From assembly GCA_945859975.1 (NCBI GenBank), contig CAMAPH010000013.1, positions 1 through 63,473 of the forward strand: a stretch of 63,473 nucleotides of DNA, read 5' to 3'. This document shows positions 37,702 to 47,278 of the stretch, one piece after another. Under the pieces are notes generated by a model. It made no database searches. It was given only the letters and a program-made list of their open reading frames with translations, and was not told where the DNA came from. Every line of letters starts with the position of its first letter. Within the stretch, counting starts at the first letter, position 1. Made by a program: the position numbers and the translations under genes. This stretch comes from Chthonomonas calidirosea (GTDB lineage: Bacteria; Armatimonadota; Fimbriimonadia; Fimbriimonadales; Fimbriimonadaceae).

Positions 37702-37868
37702 GGCCGGATCCAGGGAGAATTGCTTCTTTCAAAGAGGGGAATCCGAGAGCTGGATCGCATTCACTAACGGCTGCCAGCCCAGCGGCGAAGGCTGCAGTCC
37801 TCGACTCCCGGTAGCGGGTCGCCTTGTCATATAAGATTCCTTGTGTTGTTCACGCGCTAAACTACGGC

Positions 37869-38849
37869 GTGCCGATTTGGACCTTGCTGATTGGGTTTGT
37901 GCTGGGTGCGGTGACCGGGAGCTTCCTGAACATGGTGATCTACCGGTTGCCGCGGGCGATTTCGTTCCTGAACCCATCGAGCAGCATGTGCCCGATTTGT
38001 AAGGCGTCCCTAAAGTGGATCGACCTGATGCCGCTGTTTAGCTGGCTCTCCACCAGGGGCAAGTGTCGGTATTGCGCGGCCCCGGTGCCTTCTCGCTACT
38101 TCTGGGTCGAGGTTCTTACCGGCCTTCTCTTCGCCGGGGCCTGGTACCAATTCCAGATTCAAGCTGATCGTGGCGGGTGGATGGGCTTTGTGATGGCGAT
38201 GCTCGCCTGCCTCGTCGCCGTCATCTACATCGACTGGGAGCTATTCATCATTCCGGACGAGCTGAACGCGCTCATGCTTGTGATCGGAGTTGCCGCGATG
38301 GGTTACACCGGGCAATGGATGACCGCGCTTACCGGAGCGTTTGCGGGCTGGGCTGTGATGTGGGGGATTTCGTTCTTTCTCGGCCGGCTCATTCTTGGTA
38401 AGGACGCCTTGGGAGATGGGGATATCAAGCTGATGCGCGGCGTTGGGGCGATGCTCGGGCCGATCTTGACCGGAATCAGCGTGGTCATTGGCGTATTTGC
38501 CGGGCTGGTGATTGGCCTGATCCTGATTGCGGTGAACAGCAAGAAGGCAGCCGCGGAGGAAGAAGCGGCGGAAAGTGAGGCGGAAATGTTGCCAGTCGAG
38601 CCCGTCTTGACCTATATAGTCAGGGGAGTTTGGTATCTGCTGTGTCTCGACATAGTTGCGCTGTTCTTCCCGTCGTTGTATAAATTGATTGGAGAAGAGC
38701 CGCCTCCGAAAGGAATTGACGAGAACGACACTTGGGAGCCGACCGCCACGACGATCCCGTTTGGGCCGTATTTGGCGCTAGGTTCGATCATTTGTCTGCT
38801 CTTTGGCGATGCAATTGAAAAGGCAGTCAAGGCCTATTTCAACTTTTAA
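37869..38849 (+). CDS. pilD: Prepilin peptidase/methylase PilD (A24)
   Basis: GSFLN.VIYRLP, CPIC...CRYC, ID....IIPD, G.GD.KL, IPFGPYLA; start (GTG 37869) uncertain. Confidence 0.93.
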   Translation: MPIWTLLIGFVLGAVTGSFLNMVIYRLPRAISFLNPSSSMCPICKASLKWIDLMPLFSWLSTRGKCRYCAAPVPSRYFWVEVLTGLLFAGAWYQFQIQADRGGWMGFVMAMLACLVAVIYIDWELFIIPDELNALMLVIGVAAMGYTGQWMTALTGAFAGWAVMWGISFFLGRLILGKDALGDGDIKLMRGVGAMLGPILTGISVVIGVFAGLVIGLILIAVNSKKAAAEEEAAESEAEMLPVEPVLTYIVRGVWYLLCLDIVALFFPSLYKLIGEEPPPKGIDENDTWEPTATTIPFGPYLALGSIICLLFGDAIEKAVKAYFNF

Positions 38850-39041
38850 AGCAACGGCTTTCGTTGCTTGTGTCGAGATGGTTTGAGTTCGGGTAGAACC
38901 CGTCTGGGGTTGCTGCAGGCTTCTGTACGCAAAAAGGGGGACAGTTTGGTGAGGTTTAGTAGATTTTCTGGCCGTGTCGGTGAGGAACATGCGGGGCTTG
39001 TATCCCGTCTAGAAATGCGGGAGACCCAAGGCGTCCAACGC

Positions 39042-39869
39042 ATGAAAGGCCGAAACGGATTTACATTAATTGAATTACTGGTGGTGATTGCCATCATCGC
39101 CATCCTGGCGGGGATCACTTTCCCTGTTCTGGCCCGGGCCAAAGACGGTGCGTACCGAAGTTCTGACATCAACAACATGAACTCGTTGCGAACGGCGCTT
39201 CAGCTTTACAAGGCCGACCAAGGCGCGTATCCGCCTGCTTTGCTCGGATACGTCAACCGGTACGAATCTGGTGCGAATGCCGGAAACATCATTCCAGCAA
39301 CTCAGCTGAGCGGCGCGCTTTACCCGAAGCGGGTTGACAGCATCGAGACTTTCCGACCGGCATATAACCGCTCCAGCAACTCGCTCGGCACGACGGCGGT
39401 CTGGCCGTCGCGGTGGGACAATCCTCTGAATACCGACCCACTGGCCGAACAGCGATTTGGCCCAGCCGACGGATTCGTGCAGCGCGCGGTTAACACCGGG
39501 GCAGGCTGTACCGAAGTAGATAACGAATACTATTCGGTCAGCGGCTATGACGTCGCGAAGGTTGCAGGCTCCGCAAATCCAGATCAGGTGGAGTTGCGAT
39601 ATGCCCTGTTCTGGACCGGCTACAGCGTGCCAACCTCGGCATGCGCGACGGACGGTAGCGGACTCGGTTCTTCGGATGACGATCCTCGACAGCTAGGATA
39701 TTCCGAACCCCCAGAATCGACCGTCATCACGTGGAACAGCTATTTCCGCGAACACGCTAACGGAAACGCCACCCGAGCGAAGCGAGACGTTGTTCTCTTC
39801 CTCGGTGGAAGCGCAAAGCCCTTTGACAGTGCCGCCGTCGCCGAACGGTCTTGGCAGGTGAACCCGTAA
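39042..39869 (+). CDS. Prepilin-type protein (PulG/GspG-like N-terminus, about 275 aa)
   Basis: [32 protein letters not shown]. Confidence 0.88.
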   Translation: MKGRNGFTLIELLVVIAIIAILAGITFPVLARAKDGAYRSSDINNMNSLRTALQLYKADQGAYPPALLGYVNRYESGANAGNIIPATQLSGALYPKRVDSIETFRPAYNRSSNSLGTTAVWPSRWDNPLNTDPLAEQRFGPADGFVQRAVNTGAGCTEVDNEYYSVSGYDVAKVAGSANPDQVELRYALFWTGYSVPTSACATDGSGLGSSDDDPRQLGYSEPPESTVITWNSYFREHANGNATRAKRDVVLFLGGSAKPFDSAAVAERSWQVNP

Positions 39870-39886
39870 TCTCGGAGGTCGTAACT

Positions 39887-41815
39887 GTGAACGCACCCCA
39901 ACCCCGCTCCTTTGGCTCCGCTATGCGCCGTGGTACGACCCTCGTGGAAGTACTCGTGGTCATGGTGATCTTGCTCGTCGGAATCTTGGCGGTCGTCCAG
40001 ATCTTTCCTCGAGGCTTTCAAATCCTCACCCTGGCGAAAAAGAACTCCCAGGCAACCCAGCTTTCGCGAGACGAAGCTGAACGGCTCAAGTCTCGTGCCG
40101 ACGGCATTCCAGAGCAGATTCTTGGCGATGCCCTGCCGAGTCAGCTGACGCTCCATCCTGAATGTACGGTGGATTCGAGCGGAATCGTTTACAACGCCTC
40201 GTCCGTGCCTCAAGGCAACTGGGCCAGCAACGTTGCCGCAAACCATCGCCGACGGATTCTAGGAGAGGCCCACCGAATTCCCGCCCCTCGACGGCTCGTC
40301 AATGGCGCGTTCGGCGGCTTGCTCATTCCAACCTTTGGCCCAATCGATTCGACCCAAGGGTTTATCGTGAACAGCAGCCCGTTGGCGCAAAACTCCAACC
40401 CGCCGCAGGATTTGGCTCTTATCTCGGGCCGCCTGTACCGAACCGGATTCACCTATTCGCCTTTCGAATATTTCGTGCGGGACGCGTCGAACTCAACCGT
40501 TTCCCTCTTCCTGCCAACCGGTCCGATCACCCTCTTCCGCGTCAGCTTTTACGCTTTGATTCAAACTGCCGACGGAGTTGACAAGCGGTATTACCGCAAC
40601 GTTGAAGTGCCGATCGCAGACACGGCCCTGGATGTCCCGAGTGGAAATCAGCCGTTCCTGCGCCTTGATCTGAGCACGGACGTTGTCAATCCACTGCTTG
40701 CCGGCGGGGAGACTTTCATTGCAATCAATCCAGATTCGCTGAAAGTTGCCCGGGCGATGCGAACCGTAACGATTTTCTCGGACAGTCCGTTCGAGTACAT
40801 CCCGGTTGACGATAGTCTCGGAACGATTTTGGTGAACCCCCTCACCAACGGTTTGACCGTGCCGACCGCGAATGGTCGTCAGCCGCTCGGAGTGGTTTTG
40901 GACTACACCGTACAGGACTGGCGCGAGCTGCGCAGCGAGTTCCGCATTACCAGTATCGAGCAAGGCCAATTCCGGTTGCCGATTGCTCCGATCAAAGTAT
41001 CCGGCCAAAACGGTCCGGACGGGCTGAGATTGACTTCGATGGGTGGAAGCGATGATCCGATCATTGAAGGACAAACCGAACGAAGTTCATTCCTGACGAT
41101 CGTTGATCTGGAAACCGGAGCTTACGTTTCTGAGCACCGCCCGGGGACCAAGGCAGACTTGACGCTGACGATTAACAAGAGCCTCGGTCTGATCACCTTT
41201 GTCGATACCAATGCCACCCGAAACGGCATTCAGATTTTCTTGATCGATCCGGTTACCGGCGGGAATCGAGAGGTTGACATCGAAGGGCGCGCCTTCCGAG
41301 CCGTTTACATGGCTAAAGAAGAGTGGGCGGTTCAGGTCATCAAGCCCGCATCTCAGTACTTTGCTTCGCCGATTTTGCCTGGTTCGGGTGAGTTCTACAT
41401 CGGTGGGTCAAGCTCAGTCATCGGTGGTGCAACGACTCGAATCTACTTCCCCGCGGAAGATGTCGAGCAGAAGGTCACGATCTCGGAGATTCACTATCTG
41501 GACGGTGGCGGAAATCGCCGCACGCTCGGCGGAAAGGACTTCGTAATCCGTAACGATGCTGGCAACGTGATTCCAAGACCTTACATTGATATTCGCGATG
41601 CGGATGCTGCTGCCGTAACTTTTGCGTACGATGCCGCGCCCGCCGTTCGAGGCATCAAAGGCGGATCGATCTCGGTTCGAACCCTTTGGAACCCCGATAG
41701 CTTCGGTCTCAGCGCCTCTAGTCCCGATAATGTTCGGGCCCTGGAACGATTCACTCGCGGGTACCGCCGAACAACCGTGCAAACGTTTATTGAACGTGGC
41801 GAGGTGCAGAATTGA
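39887..41815 (+). CDS. Large minor pilin, PilV-like N-terminus (about 640 aa)
   Basis: RRG-TTLVEVLVVMVILLVGILAV class III signal; GGAGG before GTG 39887. Confidence 0.85.
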   Translation: MNAPQPRSFGSAMRRGTTLVEVLVVMVILLVGILAVVQIFPRGFQILTLAKKNSQATQLSRDEAERLKSRADGIPEQILGDALPSQLTLHPECTVDSSGIVYNASSVPQGNWASNVAANHRRRILGEAHRIPAPRRLVNGAFGGLLIPTFGPIDSTQGFIVNSSPLAQNSNPPQDLALISGRLYRTGFTYSPFEYFVRDASNSTVSLFLPTGPITLFRVSFYALIQTADGVDKRYYRNVEVPIADTALDVPSGNQPFLRLDLSTDVVNPLLAGGETFIAINPDSLKVARAMRTVTIFSDSPFEYIPVDDSLGTILVNPLTNGLTVPTANGRQPLGVVLDYTVQDWRELRSEFRITSIEQGQFRLPIAPIKVSGQNGPDGLRLTSMGGSDDPIIEGQTERSSFLTIVDLETGAYVSEHRPGTKADLTLTINKSLGLITFVDTNATRNGIQIFLIDPVTGGNREVDIEGRAFRAVYMAKEEWAVQVIKPASQYFASPILPGSGEFYIGGSSSVIGGATTRIYFPAEDVEQKVTISEIHYLDGGGNRRTLGGKDFVIRNDAGNVIPRPYIDIRDADAAAVTFAYDAAPAVRGIKGGSISVRTLWNPDSFGLSASSPDNVRALERFTRGYRRTTVQTFIERGEVQN

Positions 41816-44097
41816 TGCGACGCAAATTGGCTTACACGATCGTTGAGTTGCTCACGGTCATCGCGATCTCCGCGATCTTGTTGACCCTGATCATCCTTCC
41901 GGTTATTCAGAGCTTCAACCTCACTCGTCAGGCACAGGCTCTTTCGGATGCTCAGGAGTTGGGCAAGCGACTGACCGAGCGCGTTAGTCGAGAGGTCTCC
42001 AACGCGGTTGCGGTTCGTGGCGCTTCTGCCGTGTTCGTTACCGTCAACGGAACAAGTGTTCGTGTGCCGAGTACATCGCTCGTAGTTCGCGTACCTCGGG
42101 TCAACGCTGATGGTTCAGTTCTGCTGCCAAGGCAGGAGGTGGATGTTCTTGCTCCGTACACCCGAATGGACCTGATCATTCCGGCTCAGACCGGACAGCG
42201 CGGTCCAACCGGTGGATTCATCGATCCGATCACCGGCAAAGAGGACCCTACGCTGCAGAACTTCAAGGGCCAAACTCAGCTCCCGGTTGCACCAGGTGCG
42301 ACGATTGTCCGTTACTTCGTCGGCCTGCGCGATCCATTCCAGCCGTACAACAACCCATATGACGGATTGTTGTTGGCTCGAAACGGAGCGCGGGACAATC
42401 TGTACGTCCTTTACCGGGCGGAAGTGCAGCCACGCGTATTCCAAACCATTGCGGGAAACAACGTCTACGCTGCCAATCTTCAGTACTTTGAAGCGGATGC
42501 GAACAGTCAGCCGATCCTTGACGATCCTCGATTCTTCATACCAAACTTCGATGGAGCGGGCGCGGTTATCACCAACGATGCCAAGGCAGACCGGATCCGA
42601 AACTGGCTCCGACGATCAGTTGTGCAAACCGAAGTTTCTCGGTACGACATGCTGCAGACGGTTTACGACCTGAACAGCCGCCGCGTGCAAAACCGTGCCG
42701 GCATTCCAACGGTGATTCCTCTCGTCCAGTTCCGTCCAACTCGAGTGGCAAGTGAGCCTGCAGAGGGTCAAATCGCTGTTCGGTTGGGCCAGGAAACGGA
42801 CAATGCAGATCGAATTGCTCCAGACGTCTTCACCACCAAACTGGGGCTTTGGAGCAACGCCACGGTTCGAACTTGGCCAGCTGGCTGGTCGAACCTTGCG
42901 GTCGGAAATGAGTATCTCGTTGGCCGCACGGATGCTAACAATGGCCTGCCCGGTGCCGCTCCTGGATTCAGCATTTACGCATACGATCCCGATGGTCCGA
43001 TTGCCGACGACTTCTTGGGCGGGGTTGAGGTCTTCGACCTTTCCACGTATGACTCGGTGCAGGCCAGTGGACAGCGATACCCATTCACTCAGGCGGTTCA
43101 GGCAGCAAACCTTCGATCCAACTGGCTCAATGACCCGGCGGCTCGAAGCATCTTCACACCATACGCCTTCGATGGCGCAAAAGGCCGGATCATCGCTAGC
43201 TTCGGCATCAACGAGGTCGGAAGTCCATCGATTGCACCTCCGATTGACAACCCTGGAAACCTGCCTACCATCGCGAGTGGTGCGGCCGAAACGCCTCGCA
43301 CTGCTGCGAACCTCGCCGGCAACTTCTATGACGCCGCATTCTCTACCGTCAATCAGCGCTTCAACAAGGTGTGGGACATGTGGGAAACGGACACGACGAA
43401 CGCTTTTGGCGTTCGGAATCTGGATCAGAGCCGAATTCACCGATTTATCGACCTTCGGTTGCTGAACCAGCCCGACGGCACCACGAGCCCGCTCAACCCG
43501 AACCTCGGATTCAAGGTTGCCATCGTTCCTGGCAGCGAAATCGTTACCGGGCCAGACCAAAATGCTGGTCCGAACTTTGGACAGCCTGTTCGCTACGTTC
43601 GAGTGAGCACGAACCCTGGGCCGAACCAGTATCGGATCAACTACACCAGCCAACTTGAGCCTGGTCTGAATGGCGGCGCGCCTGCTTATTCGCTGATCGG
43701 ACTTTCTGGTACTGCGCTCTCAGGATTTGATCCTGCCGTCTATAACGCTCAGAACTTTGCCAGTGCGATCATTCAGCCGCAGTTCAAGGCTGGTTACGTT
43801 CAGTTCAACTCCGATCCGAATACGCCGATCCCAGACGGGAACATTCGTGTCTCCTACCGATTCCAATTTACGGGAGCCCTTTCGGGAGCCCAGTCGGGCG
43901 GCCAGTCGGGCGGCCAGTCGGGACCCCCGTCGGGTGCCTCAACCGGTGCGAAGACAGATATTTTCGCCGTCGACTACGACTCTCGTGAACTGATGTCTAT
44001 CTTGCTTTCGATTCGCAACTATCCGCAGTCCAACTTGCCGAACCCACAGAACGTCACGTTGAAGGCGACGGCAAAGGTACGGAACTTCATCCGATGA
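41815..44097 (+). CDS. Large minor pilin, PilW/PulJ-like N-terminus (about 760 aa)
   Basis: RKLA-YTIVELLTVIAISAILL; RVSREVSNA helix; overlaps the neighbouring stop/start codons. Confidence 0.85.
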   Translation: MRRKLAYTIVELLTVIAISAILLTLIILPVIQSFNLTRQAQALSDAQELGKRLTERVSREVSNAVAVRGASAVFVTVNGTSVRVPSTSLVVRVPRVNADGSVLLPRQEVDVLAPYTRMDLIIPAQTGQRGPTGGFIDPITGKEDPTLQNFKGQTQLPVAPGATIVRYFVGLRDPFQPYNNPYDGLLLARNGARDNLYVLYRAEVQPRVFQTIAGNNVYAANLQYFEADANSQPILDDPRFFIPNFDGAGAVITNDAKADRIRNWLRRSVVQTEVSRYDMLQTVYDLNSRRVQNRAGIPTVIPLVQFRPTRVASEPAEGQIAVRLGQETDNADRIAPDVFTTKLGLWSNATVRTWPAGWSNLAVGNEYLVGRTDANNGLPGAAPGFSIYAYDPDGPIADDFLGGVEVFDLSTYDSVQASGQRYPFTQAVQAANLRSNWLNDPAARSIFTPYAFDGAKGRIIASFGINEVGSPSIAPPIDNPGNLPTIASGAAETPRTAANLAGNFYDAAFSTVNQRFNKVWDMWETDTTNAFGVRNLDQSRIHRFIDLRLLNQPDGTTSPLNPNLGFKVAIVPGSEIVTGPDQNAGPNFGQPVRYVRVSTNPGPNQYRINYTSQLEPGLNGGAPAYSLIGLSGTALSGFDPAVYNAQNFASAIIQPQFKAGYVQFNSDPNTPIPDGNIRVSYRFQFTGALSGAQSGGQSGGQSGPPSGASTGAKTDIFAVDYDSRELMSILLSIRNYPQSNLPNPQNVTLKATAKVRNFIR

Positions 44098-47000
44098 GGA
44101 GCCTCGAATCCATGAGAAACAGAAGTCACAACCCGCAGCGTGGTCAGACGATCATCGTCGCGCTGATCGTCCTGGGCTTGCTGCTCATTCTTGGGCTTGT
44201 CTTTCTTGGCATCATCAACAACAGCATTCAGGGCAGTGCGCGACAGCAGACTCGAAGCGTTGCGAATGATCTAGCGGAAGCGGGTGTTCGATACGCCCAC
44301 TCCCAGTTGCTGCGCAGCCCCGAAGGTGCCGACTGGCGCGGAGCAACCACGCCTCCAACCCCAGTAAACGGCCAGCCGAACTTGACGCGGGACCCTGATG
44401 CCATTTACACCCGATTGGCATCTGGATTCAGCCTTACAAATGGCCAGTTCGATCGAGGTGGTCCCGATGGCCTCGGACCGTTCGTTCGAATCAACTTCGA
44501 ATCAGGCCGAGCGCTCGTCCGGGTTCGGTACGCACCAAGCGACGCTAACATCTTTACCGCCAACCCTGCAGGTTCCCTGCGGAGCCCCGGCGCGGTTCGA
44601 AACTACTTGGTCATCGAATCGGTTGGCCGATCTGGTCGGTACGTGGACAACGACCCAACGTCGGCTCAGGCCGGAACCGCAATTCAGTTCCAAGGCTTTG
44701 CCAACGCGGCTACCTTTAACACCGCGCTTGGCGAGTTCCGACGACGCGTTCAAACGGCGAACAACCGAATTCTCACGGCGTTCGTTCCGATTGGCATCAC
44801 CGAGACGGCGCGCTTTATCACGAACAAGAACCGGGAAACGCGACCCGCAGAAATTGGCGTACCTTCTGACCTCGGTGCGACGTACGTCAACCCAACAACC
44901 GGAATCCCGTTCAGCGTTGGCCAGTTCTTGCCAACCCAGCTTGGATTGAGCTCGATTGAAGAGGCTCAGAACCTGAGCGTTCTGTACAACATCGGCGGAC
45001 TCGGATCGCTGCATAGCAATGCGGATATCGCGGTTTACGGAACGGTCAACCTGTTCGCAAACGCCACCCTTGGTGACCAGTTCACGGTTGCCGGAAACAT
45101 CACTGGCGCCGACGGAGCTCAGTTGGTTGTGCGCAATCGAGAGTTGAGTAGCTCAACTTCCAACTGGAACACGTTCACGACCACGTTGAATGCGGGCAAT
45201 GAGCTGGAAAGCCGATCTAACACCTTTACGACCGCTCGTGGCATCGTTCGCGACGGACTGGCAAGCACAGACACGGACGGATTTGCACGCGGTGTTGGCT
45301 ACAAGACCCCGCCATCCATCGCGATTACTGACCCGGAAACGAACGAGAACCGATACGTCCAGATGACCCGCGAAAGCGGATTGGCGGCGGGCAGCGGCAA
45401 CAGTGGCCGCTTCGGACACGGATCGGGCATCTATATTGACAACTTTGCGGATCGACAGTCGGCTCAAACCGAGTCCGGTCGCCAAGCAAACGGCGGCAGT
45501 TCTTCGATGGTCTTCGACTGGTTGAACCCGAACCATCCGGAGAGCAAGTACTGGTTTGGCAGCTTCTATCTGCCACCGGGCGCAAACATTGAGTTCCGAA
45601 ATGATGGATTCATCATCTCGCGAGACGGTCGCGCTCCGGCAGAGGAACGATTCTGGAGAAATCCGGCGGGCGTAAGCTCGAACAGCAGTTCGATTCGATA
45701 CCGGTTGGGGCCTGGAACCGACGGTCGAGTTCACGTTGTGAACACATTCACCGCGGGACTCACAAGTATCGACGGAACGTTGTCTGCGAACGATTATCAG
45801 CTTGGACCTGCCTTTAACGGCACGATTTACACCGAAGGCAATGCTCGCGTTCGTGGAGTTATTCCAACTGACATCCAGATCACCCTGATCTCGAACGCAT
45901 CGGTTTACGTTGAAGGAAGCTTGACGAAGGGCATCACCGGTAACGACTGGACGGCACGAAATCAGGCTGATCCTGAGTTCACGGCTCGTGGCGCTCGAAT
46001 GCAACGACCCAGTCGCTCGATGCTTGCGCTCTTGGCACGAGACTATGTTGTGGTTAACACCACGATGTTCGTTGGACCAAGTCCGCTCCAGCCGCTCGAG
46101 AATGGCCGCGATGCATCTACGATTCGACTTCGACAAGATGCAGGGGCAAACCCGCTTGCTTTGATTAGCGAATTCGTGCTCGGCGCAGGCGCTCCGGCGG
46201 ACACCTACAACCCTTCGGCTTGGGTGTCAGCTCCCGTCAGCTATCGAGATGCAATCACGAACACGCAGATTCAGACAAATTTGCTGATGTCTCACACGAT
46301 GGAGGATGGTGCGGCCGACCGCAGCTTCTTCTCGATGAGCGTCAATCCTGGATTGTACGACGGCGCCATTCAACCGCCAGCGTCGACCTACCTGTGGCCA
46401 AACAACGAATCGAACGCAGCCGCGGCCATTCTTGGCTCCGCCGCACCTACGATTCCGATCAACGGCTTTGGCGTCGAGAACTGGCAACGCTATCCGAAGT
46501 TCGAATCTTCGGCCCACACCTTGCTCGATCCGGCTAGCTTCAACACCACAGGACTTGGCTTGACGTGTACGGCATCAACGGGTTCGTACCAACTGTTCCC
46601 AGAGGCGACGAACACGATGGTGATTGCCCCGAACCAGTTGAACAACCTGGCAACGAACGATTACCTGTTGCGAAAGATTGCGCTCGCTCCGCATGACATT
46701 CGGATCGAAGCTCTGATGTACGCCGAAGAGGGATCGTTCTTCGTAATCCCAGGAACATGGTTCAACGCTGATCCAAACGATCGACGCGACACCTATCTAG
46801 CTCGCTTAGATGTTCTCCGCGCCGGCCGAACGGAAGCAGAAGCCCGACAACTCGCCGACGATGAGCGCCGAACGAACTTTGGTTCTTCCGCCCTCACGCC
46901 ATTCTTTGGTGAACCACTCGACGTACGAGTGATCATCACGGGCGCGGTATCGGAAAATATGCCGCCCAGCATGAGCGAGCAGAGCGAATGGATTCGAAAG

Positions 47001-47276
47001 TGGGGCTGGATCCCGGGCAAGTTGGGTGCGACGGACCAGAACATTCCGGCATCTCACGCACGGTCGAATCCTGGATTCGACGGTGCCGGGAACAACTTCG
47101 CTTCGAACTTGATCATTGGATACGATCCGGTGCTGGCCTCTGGCCGAAGTGACGGATTTGCGAACGTTGCCAGCGAACAGCGCATCTTGCGCCAAGACTC
47201 GGTTGGGCGAGTGCTCCCGCCGCTACCTCGGTTGCCGGTTAGTCCGGCCCTGGCCTACTTTGGAGATTTGAACTAA
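44094..47276 (+). CDS. Giant PilX/GspK-like minor pilin (1060 aa)
   Basis: QRG-QTIIVALIVLGLLLILG (no Glu5, as in PilX/GspK); A..LAEAGV.YA; IESVGR. Confidence 0.85.
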   Translation: MRSLESMRNRSHNPQRGQTIIVALIVLGLLLILGLVFLGIINNSIQGSARQQTRSVANDLAEAGVRYAHSQLLRSPEGADWRGATTPPTPVNGQPNLTRDPDAIYTRLASGFSLTNGQFDRGGPDGLGPFVRINFESGRALVRVRYAPSDANIFTANPAGSLRSPGAVRNYLVIESVGRSGRYVDNDPTSAQAGTAIQFQGFANAATFNTALGEFRRRVQTANNRILTAFVPIGITETARFITNKNRETRPAEIGVPSDLGATYVNPTTGIPFSVGQFLPTQLGLSSIEEAQNLSVLYNIGGLGSLHSNADIAVYGTVNLFANATLGDQFTVAGNITGADGAQLVVRNRELSSSTSNWNTFTTTLNAGNELESRSNTFTTARGIVRDGLASTDTDGFARGVGYKTPPSIAITDPETNENRYVQMTRESGLAAGSGNSGRFGHGSGIYIDNFADRQSAQTESGRQANGGSSSMVFDWLNPNHPESKYWFGSFYLPPGANIEFRNDGFIISRDGRAPAEERFWRNPAGVSSNSSSIRYRLGPGTDGRVHVVNTFTAGLTSIDGTLSANDYQLGPAFNGTIYTEGNARVRGVIPTDIQITLISNASVYVEGSLTKGITGNDWTARNQADPEFTARGARMQRPSRSMLALLARDYVVVNTTMFVGPSPLQPLENGRDASTIRLRQDAGANPLALISEFVLGAGAPADTYNPSAWVSAPVSYRDAITNTQIQTNLLMSHTMEDGAADRSFFSMSVNPGLYDGAIQPPASTYLWPNNESNAAAAILGSAAPTIPINGFGVENWQRYPKFESSAHTLLDPASFNTTGLGLTCTASTGSYQLFPEATNTMVIAPNQLNNLATNDYLLRKIALAPHDIRIEALMYAEEGSFFVIPGTWFNADPNDRRDTYLARLDVLRAGRTEAEARQLADDERRTNFGSSALTPFFGEPLDVRVIITGAVSENMPPSMSEQSEWIRKWGWIPGKLGATDQNIPASHARSNPGFDGAGNNFASNLIIGYDPVLASGRSDGFANVASEQRILRQDSVGRVLPPLPRLPVSPALAYFGDLN

Positions 47277-47278
47277 TC

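Noticed and set aside
37702..37868. Possible structured RNA or insertion scar between vapC and pilD
   Set aside because: No convincing tRNA/ncRNA fold, terminal repeats or target duplication could be identified by eye
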